DNA from: a virus
Virus record (IMG/VR): IMGVR_UViG_3300033553_000372
Location: 1-64,000 of that record
DNA length: 64,000 nucleotides
Reading direction: 5' to 3' (one strand)
A program made the translations under genes and the position numbers. This document shows, piece after piece, positions 8,274 through 19,500 of this stretch (positions within the stretch are counted from its first letter, which is position 1; every line of letters starts with the position of its first letter). The notes under the pieces are model-generated. The model was not told where the DNA came from. It worked only from the letters and a program-made list of their open reading frames with translations, and did no database searches.

Positions 8274-11200
8274 ATGGCAAATAACGAAGTCAAATTAATC
8301 TTAACAGCAGAAGACAATATATCTTCCGCTATTAAAAAAGTAACTGAAGCATTGGGTGAAGGTGGACTTGGCCAAGCTGTAACTGCCGTTTCAACTTCCT
8401 TTCTTGCGTTTAAAAGTATAGCCGAAACAGTTGTTAATGTTATTGGAAAAGTTAACGCTGAGATAATGGAAGGCGTAAATGATGCCAGCAATGCAGAAAA
8501 CGTAAATAAAAGATTGGCTATGTCAATGTCTTTAGTTGGCCAATATACCGATGAAGCATTTATTTCAGTTAATGAGTGGGCTGGAGCATTAGAAGGGGTT
8601 ACTGGAGTTTCAGATGAAACTTTAAGAAGCATGATTGCTTTAGGTATGCAACAAGGATTAAATGTTGAGCAATCAAAAAAAGCTGTTCAGACAGCGATGG
8701 ACTTATCTGCAGCAACTGGCGAAAGTTTAGATGGATCTTTTAGACAGTTAACTATGACATTATCTGGTATTGGTGGAAGATTAGAAAAAACGAATACAGA
8801 GATAGGAAACTTAACAGAGGAAGAACTAAAAAATGGTGGAGCAATAGATCTTCTTTCTAAGAAATATAAAGGCTTTGCTGATAATGCTTCAAATTCATAT
8901 TCTGGTTCTATGATCAGATTCCATACACAAATAGGAAATATTAAAGAAGAATTAGGTAGACTAATTGCTCAGAATCCAATGATCATAGCCGCATTTGATT
9001 CATTATCGAATGTTTTAGCAACAATGTCGTCAAATGCAGCTGAGCTTTCAACTTGGCTTTTAACTAATGGCGATACAATAAAAGATTTAGCTATAGCCTT
9101 TGGATTAGCAACTACAGCTGTAGGTATTTATATCATCGCAGTAAATTGGTTAACCATAGCAACTACAGCTTCTACGGTTGCTGGAATAGCATTAGCTGGA
9201 GTAATGGCAGTAATTACCTCACCAATAACATTAGCGATTGTTGCAATTGCTGGACTAACCGCTGGATTTTATTTTCTAATAAAAAATATCGATTTAGTTG
9301 TTGGTGCTTTAAAGTTTGGTTTAGGTAAAGCATTAGAATGGATTATGGTTCCATTAGGTATGTATATCGAATCTCTTGGGGCTGTAGTAGGTATCTTTAA
9401 TGAAGAATGGGGTAAGTCTTTAAAGTCTGCTTCTGATAAAATTAACCAATTCTCTAAAGATTTACAAAAATCTGGCCAAGCACAAATGGATGCGGCCAAA
9501 GCTGCAAAAGTTCATGGAAAAGAGGTTGATACTAATGCATTAATGATTGCAAGATCTACAGCTGGATTAAATGAACAACTGGCAAAACAAGAACAACAGT
9601 TATCTCAACTAAGACAAGCTTTTGGAAAAGCTTTAGATTCTGGAAAAACAGCATTTAATGCACTAAAAGATTTGGCCCCAAGAATGTCTTTGGAAATGTT
9701 TAAAGAAGATGCTAAAAATTGGACAAAGTCTATTGAGACCTTAAGGAAATCTGCTGAAGGATTAAAAATTAGACTTCAAACTGAAGTTCAAACTGATTCA
9801 GTAAAAGCTGAGCTTGAAAAAGTTAACCAACAATTAATGTACGCTAGCGAATCTGAAAAAGCCTTAAAAATAAAAACTGCTAATGAGATTCGTGGAGCGG
9901 TTACAAAAGAAGAACAAATAAGATTAGATCTAATTAAAAATAGAGAAATTTCTGTACAAGCAGAAATAGCTCAAATGAAATTAGATTCTGCGAAAGGCAT
10001 TAGAGACCAACTTATTCAAATTGATGAACAAAGAATCTTAAAGATGAGAGGTCTTGCTAGTTTAGATTCTCAATCTGGAGTTGATGCTAAAACACAAGCT
10101 ATTTTAAATGTTAATAAAATTGAGCTTGATGCTTTTAAGGCAAATTTAGATGCTCAGAAGCAAATGGCAATATCTATTGAATCTCAAAAGCAAGCTGAAT
10201 TAGCAAATTTAAAAGCTAGTTTAATGTCTGGATCTACAGGCGGTGGAGCACAAGCAAAGCAAGATGCTGAAGTAATTCAAGCACAACAAAAACAAGCGCA
10301 ACTTGCTCAATTAAGAGATCAAGATAAAATTACTGAGCAGCAGTATCAAGAACAAATTACTCAAATTAAAATTGATTCTATTAGTTCAAGAACTATGATG
10401 GAAGCTCAACTTAATGAACAGCGAGCGGCTATTTTAGGAACTTCTCCAGAAGCGCTTGCTCTAAGGCTTCAGCAAGAACAATTACAAAATGAAAGTGAAT
10501 TATTAATTCTTCAAGAAAAATATACTAATGAGCAAATAACTGACGCTGAATTTAAGTTAGCGCAAGAAGCCGCTATGGAAGAGCATACTATTCGTATGAA
10601 TGGTATCAAAGAAGCTCATTTACAAAAAGATTTAGAAAATAATCAGAAGTTAAAGAATCAATGGGGAACAACTTTAGCACAAATTAGACTTGAGCAAGAA
10701 AAGCACGGCAAATTAATGGGTACTGTTAGAGGTATTCAAGCTTCCCAAGAATTTCAAGGATTAAATACTGCACTAAATAATACAGCCAGCTTAATGCAAT
10801 CTTCAAACTCAAGCCAATTTAAAATTGGTCAAGCTGCTGCAATTGCTCAAGCAGCTATAAATATTCCACTATCAGCAATTGCAGCTTATACCTCAATGGC
10901 AAGCATTCCATTTGTTGGTCCAGCCCTTGGTATTGCAGCAGCCGCCGCCGCTGTAGCTGCTGGAGCAATGAATATACAAAAAATTAAATCTCAACGACCT
11001 CCAGGATCTCAAGCTCACGGGGGATTAGATGAAGTTCCCAAATCTTTATCAAATTCAACTTTTTTACTTAAGGGTGGTGAGAGAGTTGTCCAATCTGAAC
11101 AAAATGTTGGCCTAGGACAAGCTATTGATAAGATTAACAATAACCAAACTGGTGGAGGCCATTCAATAACTGTTAATGTGAGCGGATCCGTAGATGGTAG

Positions 11201-11300
11201 TACTATTGATAAAATGAAATCCGCAATAATTGATGCGCTTAGAGAAGCATCGGAACGCGGAGTTCCAATTATATCTGAGAGAGGCATTATAAGATCATGA
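8274..11300 (+). CDS. Tape measure protein
   Basis: 1008 aa, Ala/Gln-rich helical, central hydrophobic segments, IPFVGPALG...AHGG C-terminal motifs; follows the chaperone. Confidence 0.92.
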   Translation: MANNEVKLILTAEDNISSAIKKVTEALGEGGLGQAVTAVSTSFLAFKSIAETVVNVIGKVNAEIMEGVNDASNAENVNKRLAMSMSLVGQYTDEAFISVNEWAGALEGVTGVSDETLRSMIALGMQQGLNVEQSKKAVQTAMDLSAATGESLDGSFRQLTMTLSGIGGRLEKTNTEIGNLTEEELKNGGAIDLLSKKYKGFADNASNSYSGSMIRFHTQIGNIKEELGRLIAQNPMIIAAFDSLSNVLATMSSNAAELSTWLLTNGDTIKDLAIAFGLATTAVGIYIIAVNWLTIATTASTVAGIALAGVMAVITSPITLAIVAIAGLTAGFYFLIKNIDLVVGALKFGLGKALEWIMVPLGMYIESLGAVVGIFNEEWGKSLKSASDKINQFSKDLQKSGQAQMDAAKAAKVHGKEVDTNALMIARSTAGLNEQLAKQEQQLSQLRQAFGKALDSGKTAFNALKDLAPRMSLEMFKEDAKNWTKSIETLRKSAEGLKIRLQTEVQTDSVKAELEKVNQQLMYASESEKALKIKTANEIRGAVTKEEQIRLDLIKNREISVQAEIAQMKLDSAKGIRDQLIQIDEQRILKMRGLASLDSQSGVDAKTQAILNVNKIELDAFKANLDAQKQMAISIESQKQAELANLKASLMSGSTGGGAQAKQDAEVIQAQQKQAQLAQLRDQDKITEQQYQEQITQIKIDSISSRTMMEAQLNEQRAAILGTSPEALALRLQQEQLQNESELLILQEKYTNEQITDAEFKLAQEAAMEEHTIRMNGIKEAHLQKDLENNQKLKNQWGTTLAQIRLEQEKHGKLMGTVRGIQASQEFQGLNTALNNTASLMQSSNSSQFKIGQAAAIAQAAINIPLSAIAAYTSMASIPFVGPALGIAAAAAAVAAGAMNIQKIKSQRPPGSQAHGGLDEVPKSLSNSTFLLKGGERVVQSEQNVGLGQAIDKINNNQTGGGHSITVNVSGSVDGSTIDKMKSAIIDALREASERGVPIISERGIIRS

Positions 11301-11929
11301 TAATTTATAAAGCAACAAATGTAATTGATGGAAAATTTTATATTGGTTTAACTAAGGGGCCTATAAGTGGGCCAATTGGAAGACATAAAAATAAGTCTAA
11401 AAAAGTTGTGTCTATATTTTATAATGCAATTAGAAAACATGGTTTTGAAAACTTTACTTGGGAAATAATAGATTCTGATGCTATATCTTACGAACATCTT
11501 CAAGAATTAGAAATCTGGTATATAGCAGAATTAAAACCAGACTATAATTCTACCAAAGGTGGCGAAGGTACGTTGGGTTTTTCTCCAAGCATAGAATCAA
11601 TAAATAAAGGAAGACTTAAGAGAATTGGGGTTCCATTATCAAAAGAACATAGGGCAAATTTACGTACAGCTAAATTAGGGAAGAAGGGTCCACCAAGTAA
11701 AAGAAAAGGAAGAAAGTTTGGACCAATCTCAGAAGAACATAAATTAGCTATTTCTAAGGCTAGCAAAAATAAAAAACTTTCAGAAAAATGTAAATTCAAT
11801 TTATCTAAAGCTCATAAAGGAAAGAAACTTTCAGAAGACCATAAGAGCAGTATTTCGAAGACATTAATTGGAAATATTCCCTGGAATAAGGGAATTAAAC
11901 AAATAGATTACAAAAAGAAGGGCGCTTAA
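11297..11929 (+). CDS. Free-standing GIY-YIG homing endonuclease with NUMOD3 repeats
   Basis: IIYKATN...FYIG, E...YN.T.GG, repeated SEEHKxxIS motifs, PWNKG. Confidence 0.88.
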   Translation: MIIYKATNVIDGKFYIGLTKGPISGPIGRHKNKSKKVVSIFYNAIRKHGFENFTWEIIDSDAISYEHLQELEIWYIAELKPDYNSTKGGEGTLGFSPSIESINKGRLKRIGVPLSKEHRANLRTAKLGKKGPPSKRKGRKFGPISEEHKLAISKASKNKKLSEKCKFNLSKAHKGKKLSEDHKSSISKTLIGNIPWNKGIKQIDYKKKGA

Positions 11930-11932
11930 TAT

Positions 11933-12742
11933 ATGTCAACATCTAAAAGTATTTCATTTCTCTACAATTTTGATCTTGGAAACAGAAATGTTGATAATCC
12001 AGGAATAAATATTTTATCTGTAACTTCCACTAAAGCTGGAGATTTTTCTGTCAATAATATTCTTAGTGAATCTACAAGAAATGTTTGGAGAAGTGACAGT
12101 ATTCTCACAACACAAGAAATTATAATTAAGGCAGAAAAGAAAAGCAATATTGATTGTTTTGCAATTATTGGCCATAATTTTACAGATACGGCTGTAGTTA
12201 AAGTGCAAGCTAATATATCAAATAACTTCTTAGTTCCTCCAATAACTAAAATTATACCATATAATAAATACATAATGATTAGCATTGGACAATTTGGAGG
12301 CCAATATGAATATTATAAGATTTCTATTTTAGATCCAGCAAATCCTTGTGGATATGTTCAAATTGGAAGAGTCGTCGGCGGAAGATTACTTCAATTAGAT
12401 AAAAATGAAGACATAACTGAAAACTACAATATTCAATTTAAAGATATGTCTGAAGTAATGAAGACTGCGGGGTTCTTTAGACAATCTAATGAAAATATTA
12501 TAGCTAGAACACTAAGTGCAAATTTTCAAAAATTAAGAACTGATACTACTAATGATGACAATTATAAAAATCTTAGAAAAATGTTTGAAACAGTAAAAAT
12601 AACTAGACCATTCTTGACAATAGTTGATCCAGCAGATCCATATAGATTAAATATATGGGGTCAATTGATGGATATACCAGATGAGGCTTACACAGTTAAT
12701 AACTACGTCTCTTTGCCATTTAAAATTGACGAAGTCTTTTAA
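11933..12742 (+). CDS. Distal tail (Dit-like) protein
   Basis: Position after the tape measure; WRS...IIGHNF...YVQIGR galactose-binding-like pattern; ends in DEVF. Confidence 0.55.
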   Translation: MSTSKSISFLYNFDLGNRNVDNPGINILSVTSTKAGDFSVNNILSESTRNVWRSDSILTTQEIIIKAEKKSNIDCFAIIGHNFTDTAVVKVQANISNNFLVPPITKIIPYNKYIMISIGQFGGQYEYYKISILDPANPCGYVQIGRVVGGRLLQLDKNEDITENYNIQFKDMSEVMKTAGFFRQSNENIIARTLSANFQKLRTDTTNDDNYKNLRKMFETVKITRPFLTIVDPADPYRLNIWGQLMDIPDEAYTVNNYVSLPFKIDEVF

Positions 12743-12821
12743 TGTATAAAACTATAGAACGCTAATCTTTAATCAAATCAACTAAAATAAAAATGATTAT
12801 ATACCTTATGGAGAAACATAA

Positions 12822-15242
12822 GTGAGTCAAAATATTTTTCTAAACCCAACTGTATCGGTGACGCCAAGCTTGACATTTTCGTCAGTTGGTAATGGTACAT
12901 TAACAGTTGATAAATTATCTCATTTTACCATTAATCAAAACTATACGGTCATCTGTACAGCAATTGATCCATTCACTGTTTTTAATGTTGTTGGAGATTT
13001 AGATGGAGCTGTTGGTGTAGCTGTCGTTGGAACACAATTTTCAGATGAAGACAAAAAGGTTTTCTTAACTATCCAGCAAGGTCCAACGTTATTTGCAATT
13101 GGTGATACGTTTAATTTTTCAGTTGCTCAAGGTACTGATGTCACACAAGATAATATAGATTTATACGATGAGTTGCCACAAAAGAATTTTGGTCCTGGTC
13201 CTGTAGGCCAAAACAAAGGTGATCATAATTTAAGATTTAATGCTGTTCCAAGTTTTGCTTTTAAAAATATTGGTGATATAAAATATTCTGCGTTAGTGGC
13301 AGGACCTAATGGAAACGAAATCTCAATTGAATATATAGCTGGCTCACTATTGGCAGCTGCAGCAAGAACTGTACAGGCATTAACGTATACAGCTAATGCG
13401 CCTGGAACTATTGGAAATAGTATCCAAATTCAATATGAAGATTATACCCCAGCAATTCAAGCTAGCAAAGCTATTCAGAATTTGCTTTATTCTGCAGATA
13501 ATGGTGGCGTAGCTGGAAATAACATAAGCATTCAATATACTAATACAGCAACAGCTGGATCAGAAACAGTCAGTGTAGTTGGAAATGCTATCACTGTTGG
13601 AATCCAATCTGGAGTTTCTACAGCTGATCAAATTAGATTAGCAATAGGATTACACATTACCGCTCCAACATTAATTGATGTTTTAGCAACAGGAACAGGA
13701 TCAGAACCACAAATTACTCAAGCTCAAACGTTTTTAACTGGTGGTGTTAATGCTATCGGTGATGCTGGAAATGAAGTAGTAACAGTAACAATAAATCTTA
13801 TAAAAATAAAATTTCAATCTGGAGTTTCTACAGCTCAACAAATTTATAATAAAATTATATTAAGTGGAGCAGCTTTAGGATTAATAACTCCAACAATTAC
13901 TGGAGTTTCTTCATCTACACAAATAGCTCCAGTTGGTCCATTAAATTTAGAAAATGGAACTAACGATGTTGGTGATCCAGGAAATGAGATAGTAAATGTA
14001 GTTAATAAAGAAATAAAAATAACTTTTGTTAATGGTCTATCTACAGCAAATCAAATTATTTCTAAAATTATAGCTAGTGTTCCGGCTTCAGCCTTAATAA
14101 CTACTTTATTATTAGGAACAGGTTCAGAATTACAAAGCTCTCCCATTTCAAGATCTTTTTTAACTAGTGGACAAAATTCTGGAACATATGCTTTTAATAC
14201 TACTGAATTAACTAGTCCAGGATCTTTCTTTGAAGGTAATGCTCCAATTTTAATTAATGGACAAACCAATCAAGGAAATGAATTAACTTTAGGTGAAACA
14301 TTAAAGAAAGGTAAAGTTACACTAGACGATTCTATTCTTGGAAATTTACCTGGTCCTTTAGTTAATCATGTTCAACAAACTATAAATAACCTTATTCAAA
14401 ATGGCAAATGTTTCTTAGTATCTGATTTAGATGCAAAAACAGAGTGGAGTAAGCCTGCTGGAACATTATCACTTAATGGTAATTTAGTTTTAGTTTTTTC
14501 TGAAACAAATACGAAAAATATTCTATTAAATACAGCTGGACCATTTGCATTAGCTGATGGTGAACATATTTATTTTGTTGTTGATAGATTCAATAATATA
14601 AATGTAACACCAATTATATCAACTACTGTACCAAGCTCTCCAAATGGAGAAAATATTTTCAGACTAGTTTCGAGAGTAGGAACAACACTTTATTGGTGGG
14701 ACAATACTGCTCAAAGAGAAGGAAAGAAAATTAGAATTGGAGAAGGTGGATCCTCTGGCGCTTGGCAAGAGAAAATTGGTGTAGGTAATGGTGCTAACTT
14801 AAATTTCCCTATTCTAAGCGGCCTTTTTCCAATAGCTCAAGAATCTATATTAGTTTTCTCTAACACAACTCATTTCGTTAATACCGAATGGGTATATAAT
14901 GTTCTTCAAAATCAAATTGAATTTTTAGTTGCTCCAGCTAGTGGTGTCGAGATTTATATTTATTTCTTAACAGATGGTGACAGCATTGTTGTTCCATCTC
15001 CATCTGGTGTTCAACAATTCATTTATCATGTTCTGACTGCATTAGAAATAACTAATAAATCATTAACTTTACCTGTTTCTCCAGCAGTGCCAGCAAAAAC
15101 TTTTGTTGACTACGTAGGTGGAACAACTCAAGTAAGTGGATTAGATTTCACTATAACTGGAAATATTATGAATTGGTCTGGTTTAGGATTAGATGGTCTA
15201 GCAGCTTCAGGAGATATTATTAGGATCGTGTATCAATCATAA
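12822..15242 (+). CDS. Large virion protein with three nested repeat domains and C-terminal beta-modules
   Basis: 806 aa; repeated LxYxA...GxxGNxIxIxY and GxE...SGVSTAxQI segments. Confidence 0.7.
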   Translation: MSQNIFLNPTVSVTPSLTFSSVGNGTLTVDKLSHFTINQNYTVICTAIDPFTVFNVVGDLDGAVGVAVVGTQFSDEDKKVFLTIQQGPTLFAIGDTFNFSVAQGTDVTQDNIDLYDELPQKNFGPGPVGQNKGDHNLRFNAVPSFAFKNIGDIKYSALVAGPNGNEISIEYIAGSLLAAAARTVQALTYTANAPGTIGNSIQIQYEDYTPAIQASKAIQNLLYSADNGGVAGNNISIQYTNTATAGSETVSVVGNAITVGIQSGVSTADQIRLAIGLHITAPTLIDVLATGTGSEPQITQAQTFLTGGVNAIGDAGNEVVTVTINLIKIKFQSGVSTAQQIYNKIILSGAALGLITPTITGVSSSTQIAPVGPLNLENGTNDVGDPGNEIVNVVNKEIKITFVNGLSTANQIISKIIASVPASALITTLLLGTGSELQSSPISRSFLTSGQNSGTYAFNTTELTSPGSFFEGNAPILINGQTNQGNELTLGETLKKGKVTLDDSILGNLPGPLVNHVQQTINNLIQNGKCFLVSDLDAKTEWSKPAGTLSLNGNLVLVFSETNTKNILLNTAGPFALADGEHIYFVVDRFNNINVTPIISTTVPSSPNGENIFRLVSRVGTTLYWWDNTAQREGKKIRIGEGGSSGAWQEKIGVGNGANLNFPILSGLFPIAQESILVFSNTTHFVNTEWVYNVLQNQIEFLVAPASGVEIYIYFLTDGDSIVVPSPSGVQQFIYHVLTALEITNKSLTLPVSPAVPAKTFVDYVGGTTQVSGLDFTITGNIMNWSGLGLDGLAASGDIIRIVYQS

Positions 15243-15250
15243 TTGTAAAA
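15241..15250 (+). promoter_or_regulatory. Candidate late-promoter motif AATTGTAAAA
   Basis: About 34 nt upstream of ATG 15276; motif shared with other intergenic gaps. Confidence 0.35.
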
Positions 15251-15275
15251 ACTTAGTAAATTTAGGAGATCTCAC

Positions 15276-16310
15276 ATGTCATTATTAAAAGCAAAATTTA
15301 TTCCAGCCGACCTTATTGATGGGTCAAAAATCAAATTAAACAATGCCGAAACTTTAAGAGCAAGAAATTTTGCAAACTCTGCAGATATTGCACTTTTTAG
15401 CTTAACAGCTTCAGATAAGCTTGTTTTTAATATTCAACCAGAATATGCTGCTGATCCAACATTGGCTGATCATTTAACAAGATACTCTTGGGTTAACACT
15501 CAATTAGGAACTAAGCAATCAACATCTGAAAAAGGTGCTGCTAATGGATATGCAGGATTAGATGCAAACTCTTTTGTTCCTTTAGTAAATATTCCACCAA
15601 CTGCTTTAGAGAGATTAGTTATTGTTGCTGATCAGACTGCAAGATTTGCTTTAACAACTGCCACTGTTCAAAATGGTGATACTGTAAAACAAGTTGATAC
15701 TAATGTTTTATATTTTGTTAAGGATGATACTAATTTAGGAAATGTTGCTGGATATGAAGTTTATTCAGCTGGAACAGCATCTTCAGTTGCTTGGTCCGGA
15801 GTCACTGGGACACCAACAACAGTTGCTGGATATGGAATCACTGACATTGCTTCAGACACTGCTTTTGGTGTTGGCTGGAATGGAGAGGTAGCAATACCAC
15901 CTTCTAAGAATGCTGTTTATGATGAGATGATTTTAAAAGCAGCTTTAACAGATTTAGCATCAACTGCTAATGGAAAGGGCGCTAGCTTAATCGGAATTGA
16001 AGATGCTGCTGCAAAATTCACAGCAACAACTATTGAAGCCGCTTTATTAGAACTTTATAATAAAGCACCAAATATGGGCCGTGAAGTAATTACTTTAATT
16101 GCTGGCGATATTACTAATGGATATGTTGAGCTTGCCCAACCAGCAGTTGCAAATTCTCTTCAAGTGACCCCAAAAGGTGGATTGCTTCAAGAACCTGGTG
16201 TAGATTTTACAGAATCAATAGTTGTTACGAATACAAGAATCACTTTTGCTGGTGACTTGTTAACACTTTTGGCTACCGGTGATAAATTAATTTGTTATTA
16301 TGTTTATTAA
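15276..16310 (+). CDS. Tail fibre/structural protein
   Basis: KGAANGYAGLDA, VAWSGVTGTPTTVAGYGITD and GASLIGIED fibre motifs. Confidence 0.75.
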   Translation: MSLLKAKFIPADLIDGSKIKLNNAETLRARNFANSADIALFSLTASDKLVFNIQPEYAADPTLADHLTRYSWVNTQLGTKQSTSEKGAANGYAGLDANSFVPLVNIPPTALERLVIVADQTARFALTTATVQNGDTVKQVDTNVLYFVKDDTNLGNVAGYEVYSAGTASSVAWSGVTGTPTTVAGYGITDIASDTAFGVGWNGEVAIPPSKNAVYDEMILKAALTDLASTANGKGASLIGIEDAAAKFTATTIEAALLELYNKAPNMGREVITLIAGDITNGYVELAQPAVANSLQVTPKGGLLQEPGVDFTESIVVTNTRITFAGDLLTLLATGDKLICYYVY

Positions 16311-16320
16311 GGATTGTTAA

Positions 16321-16569
16321 ATGTCTTTGTTACAACAAAAATGGTCTAATGCCGGAAGTGGGACTTTTCAAAAAGAAGTTCCAACCGGCACTATAAACGG
16401 AGTGAATGTAAACTTCGTTACTTCTCAGGTCCCCAAAGCGGGATCTCTTTTAGTTTTTGTAGATAAAATATTAGAAATCAATTACACTTATACAAATGGA
16501 ACAAAAACTATAGCATTAGCAGTTGCACCAAAAGCTGGTCAAGATGTTTATGTTACTTATAGTTACTAA
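16321..16569 (+). CDS. Small single-domain structural protein
   Basis: EVPTGTINGVNVNF...APKAGQDVYVTY beta-module, similar to modules in the upstream genes. Confidence 0.65.
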   Translation: MSLLQQKWSNAGSGTFQKEVPTGTINGVNVNFVTSQVPKAGSLLVFVDKILEINYTYTNGTKTIALAVAPKAGQDVYVTYSY

Positions 16570-16578
16570 GAGGAATAT

Positions 16579-19500
16579 ATGGCTGGAAAAATCCAAAATG
16601 CTGACTTAAAATCATTATCAGAACTAACAGGATTAGGAGCAACTAAGACAGAGCTTCTAAATACTGATAAAATGTATTCACCTAAAACAACAAATGTTTT
16701 AGAAACAGATTTAAGAAAAAATAATGATGCAGCAACTACTGATCCAGCTGTTGGAAACGATTCCTCTCAGAATTATGAACCAGGAAGTCGATGGATAAAT
16801 GTAACTTCAGGAAAAGTTTTCGCATGTAAGTCTAATGGAGTTGGTGCTGCTGTTTGGATTGAAGAAGTAAATATTTCAGCTACCCAAACACTTGCTTCTA
16901 AAACTTTAACTTCTCCAGTTTTAAATAGTCCAAGTATAGTTACTCCAATTCGTTTGGACGTAAAACAAGATACTAAAGCTAACTTAATTACGTATGCTCT
17001 TACCGCAACAAACGGACAAATCGTTTTTGCTACAGATACAAAAGAATACTTTGCAATTAAAGACACGTTATTGTCAGATCTTGGCGGAGGCGGTGCTGGT
17101 GTTGGTGGGACAGATATCCTTTCAGCAGATCAAGCAGATAAATCAGCAGTTACAGATTACACACAAACTGGTCTAGAAATACTAGACACACCTATCGTTT
17201 TACACGGTACTAAATCATTCCGCTTACAACACGCTACCAGCATTAAATCATTCAAAAAAGTTATTCCTGTGGACAAAAAGTTCCGTGGTAAAAACAATAC
17301 AGTTTGGCTTGATGTCGTTTCTACAGCTACTCAAGGTAACTTAAACATCATTTTCAGAGATGAAACAAACTCTGTAGATTTAACTACGTCTCAACAAATT
17401 ACCACAGGTTCTTTACCTGTAACTGGTACAACTGCAAATGCTAGTAATCAGCTTACATCTTTAGATAACGTAACAGTTAATAGTTTAAAAGTTGGTATGG
17501 TGATTACTGGTAGTGCTATTCCGGTTGGAACAACTATCACAGCTATCAGCACAAGTTCTGCAACAATGTCTCAAAACGCTACAGGCGTTTCTACAGGTAT
17601 TAGAGTTTCAGCTTTAGTATCTAAGCAAGTTTACTCTTTTAATATTCCTGCTAACTGTTCAAGTTTATCTTGGGCAATCAGTACGGTAGTTGAAGCAAAT
17701 GTTGAATCTTATATTGACGATGTAGTTGTTCAGCTTTCAGAGTTTGCAAAAACTAGCACAAGTGTAACGGTGCCAAAGAATAACGATTTTTCGGGGAGAA
17801 ATGACGGCGCAATTACAATTGGTGCGGTAACAACTGCTCCAACAAAAGGAACTGTAGTTACAGATAGAATTATTTCTACGAGAAGTGGAAATAGATTGAT
17901 TGCTGATTATCAATATGAGCAATCAGCAGGGGGAACTGCTGGATCAGGAGACTATTTATACTCACTACCATCGGGATTAAGTTTTGACTCTTCTGTGATT
18001 CCGTATACGGGTGCAGGTTCTGCTTTAATAGGAGCCTCTAAAGCGTTTGTTGGGAGTGGTAGAATATCGGACGACGTGACAGTAATGCAGAACGCTCAAT
18101 TAATTGCCTACAGTACGACAAGCTTTAGAGTAATATCAAATTATACTTCTGGAAGCCAAAACTTCATAGGTAGCGGAGTAACCGCACTTACAGGAGCTAG
18201 ATCCCTTGGCTTCCACTTAGACGCTCCCATCTCTGGCTGGTCATCAAACGAAACAGAAGCAAAAACCATCGAGCTGAGTACTTCGCAGTTGGTGCAGACT
18301 CCTGATAGTAATTTACAATTTGGCGGTTTTACTGGAGCATTAGCTTCTACGGGCAATAAAATATTCACACTTACTACTCCAACATTTGTTAATAATTTTG
18401 GTAGTTCGATTCAATATGTTAAAGATTCTATTAATGGTGATAGATTTATCGCTCTTGTTGATGGAAATTACTCTTTTAGTATTTCTGGTGTAGTTACCGC
18501 CAACACCTCATTCGGATTAACTAAAAACGCATCATCTTTAACAACGGCTTTTAGTGGATTATCTGCATCAGAGAGATTGATCGATGGAACAACTCCGGGT
18601 GCGGGATTAATTTTAAGTTTTTCTTGGACAGGTAGATTAGTTGCTGGGGATATTTTAAGACTTCAGTCAGACAACTCAACAACAATTTCAGATGGTGGAT
18701 ATGCCCTTATTTCATTTGCTACATCAGGAAGCTTGAAACAACTCAACGTCTCTTCAGACAGCAAAATAATCATCCCAACTCACCAGTTACGTTTTGAAGG
18801 TGCTTCTTCTAGAGGCTCTACAGATACAGCAATTGTTAAGTTCGACACTCAAGCAATTACTCAAGGTGATGCTTGGGACGTAGTTAATACTGCTGCTAAT
18901 GGTACTGTAGTTACGATGAAGAAAGCTGGGAAGCTTTCAGTAAGTTCTGGGATTTTAGGTGCAGCTGGCTTGCAAATATTATTGACTAAAAATCAATCAA
19001 TATTAACAGGGTCTCCAACTAATGCTTCTGAAATAATACAATCTAGTTATGCAAACGTACTTAGTAGGTTAGTAGTGTCTGCTGAGTTCAACGTAGTTAT
19101 TGGAGATAAAATCAGAATATCAGCGACTACGGCTATCTCAACTGATATATCTACCGCTTTAAATCTTTCACTAACAGAAAACAGCATCCCTGCGAACTTT
19201 TCAAACGTGTTACCGCAATGGTCTGAGGGTGATAGTAGTGTTAGATTGAATACTGCAAATGGATTTGGTTCTACTGCTACAAAAATTAGAAGATTTACAA
19301 ATAACCCTTTAAACGAAGGTACTGCTATCACCTACACGGATAGTGCTACTAATGGTGCAAGTTTTACAATTAACGAAAATGGCGTTTATAACATAAGTTT
19401 TTCTGACGATCCTAACGTTGCTGGATCTTATGCAGGTATATCTTTAAACTCAGGAAGCTTAACAGCAAACGTACAATCATTGGCAGTATCAGAAGTTATT

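Noticed and set aside
11280-11940. Group I intron around the GIY-YIG gene
   Set aside because: The flanking genes are complete and abut the ORF, leaving no room for an intron core.
12822-15242. Contractile tail sheath
   Set aside because: Only the accessory-domain motif resembles sheaths; the sheath core is not recognisable and the gene lies after the tape measure.
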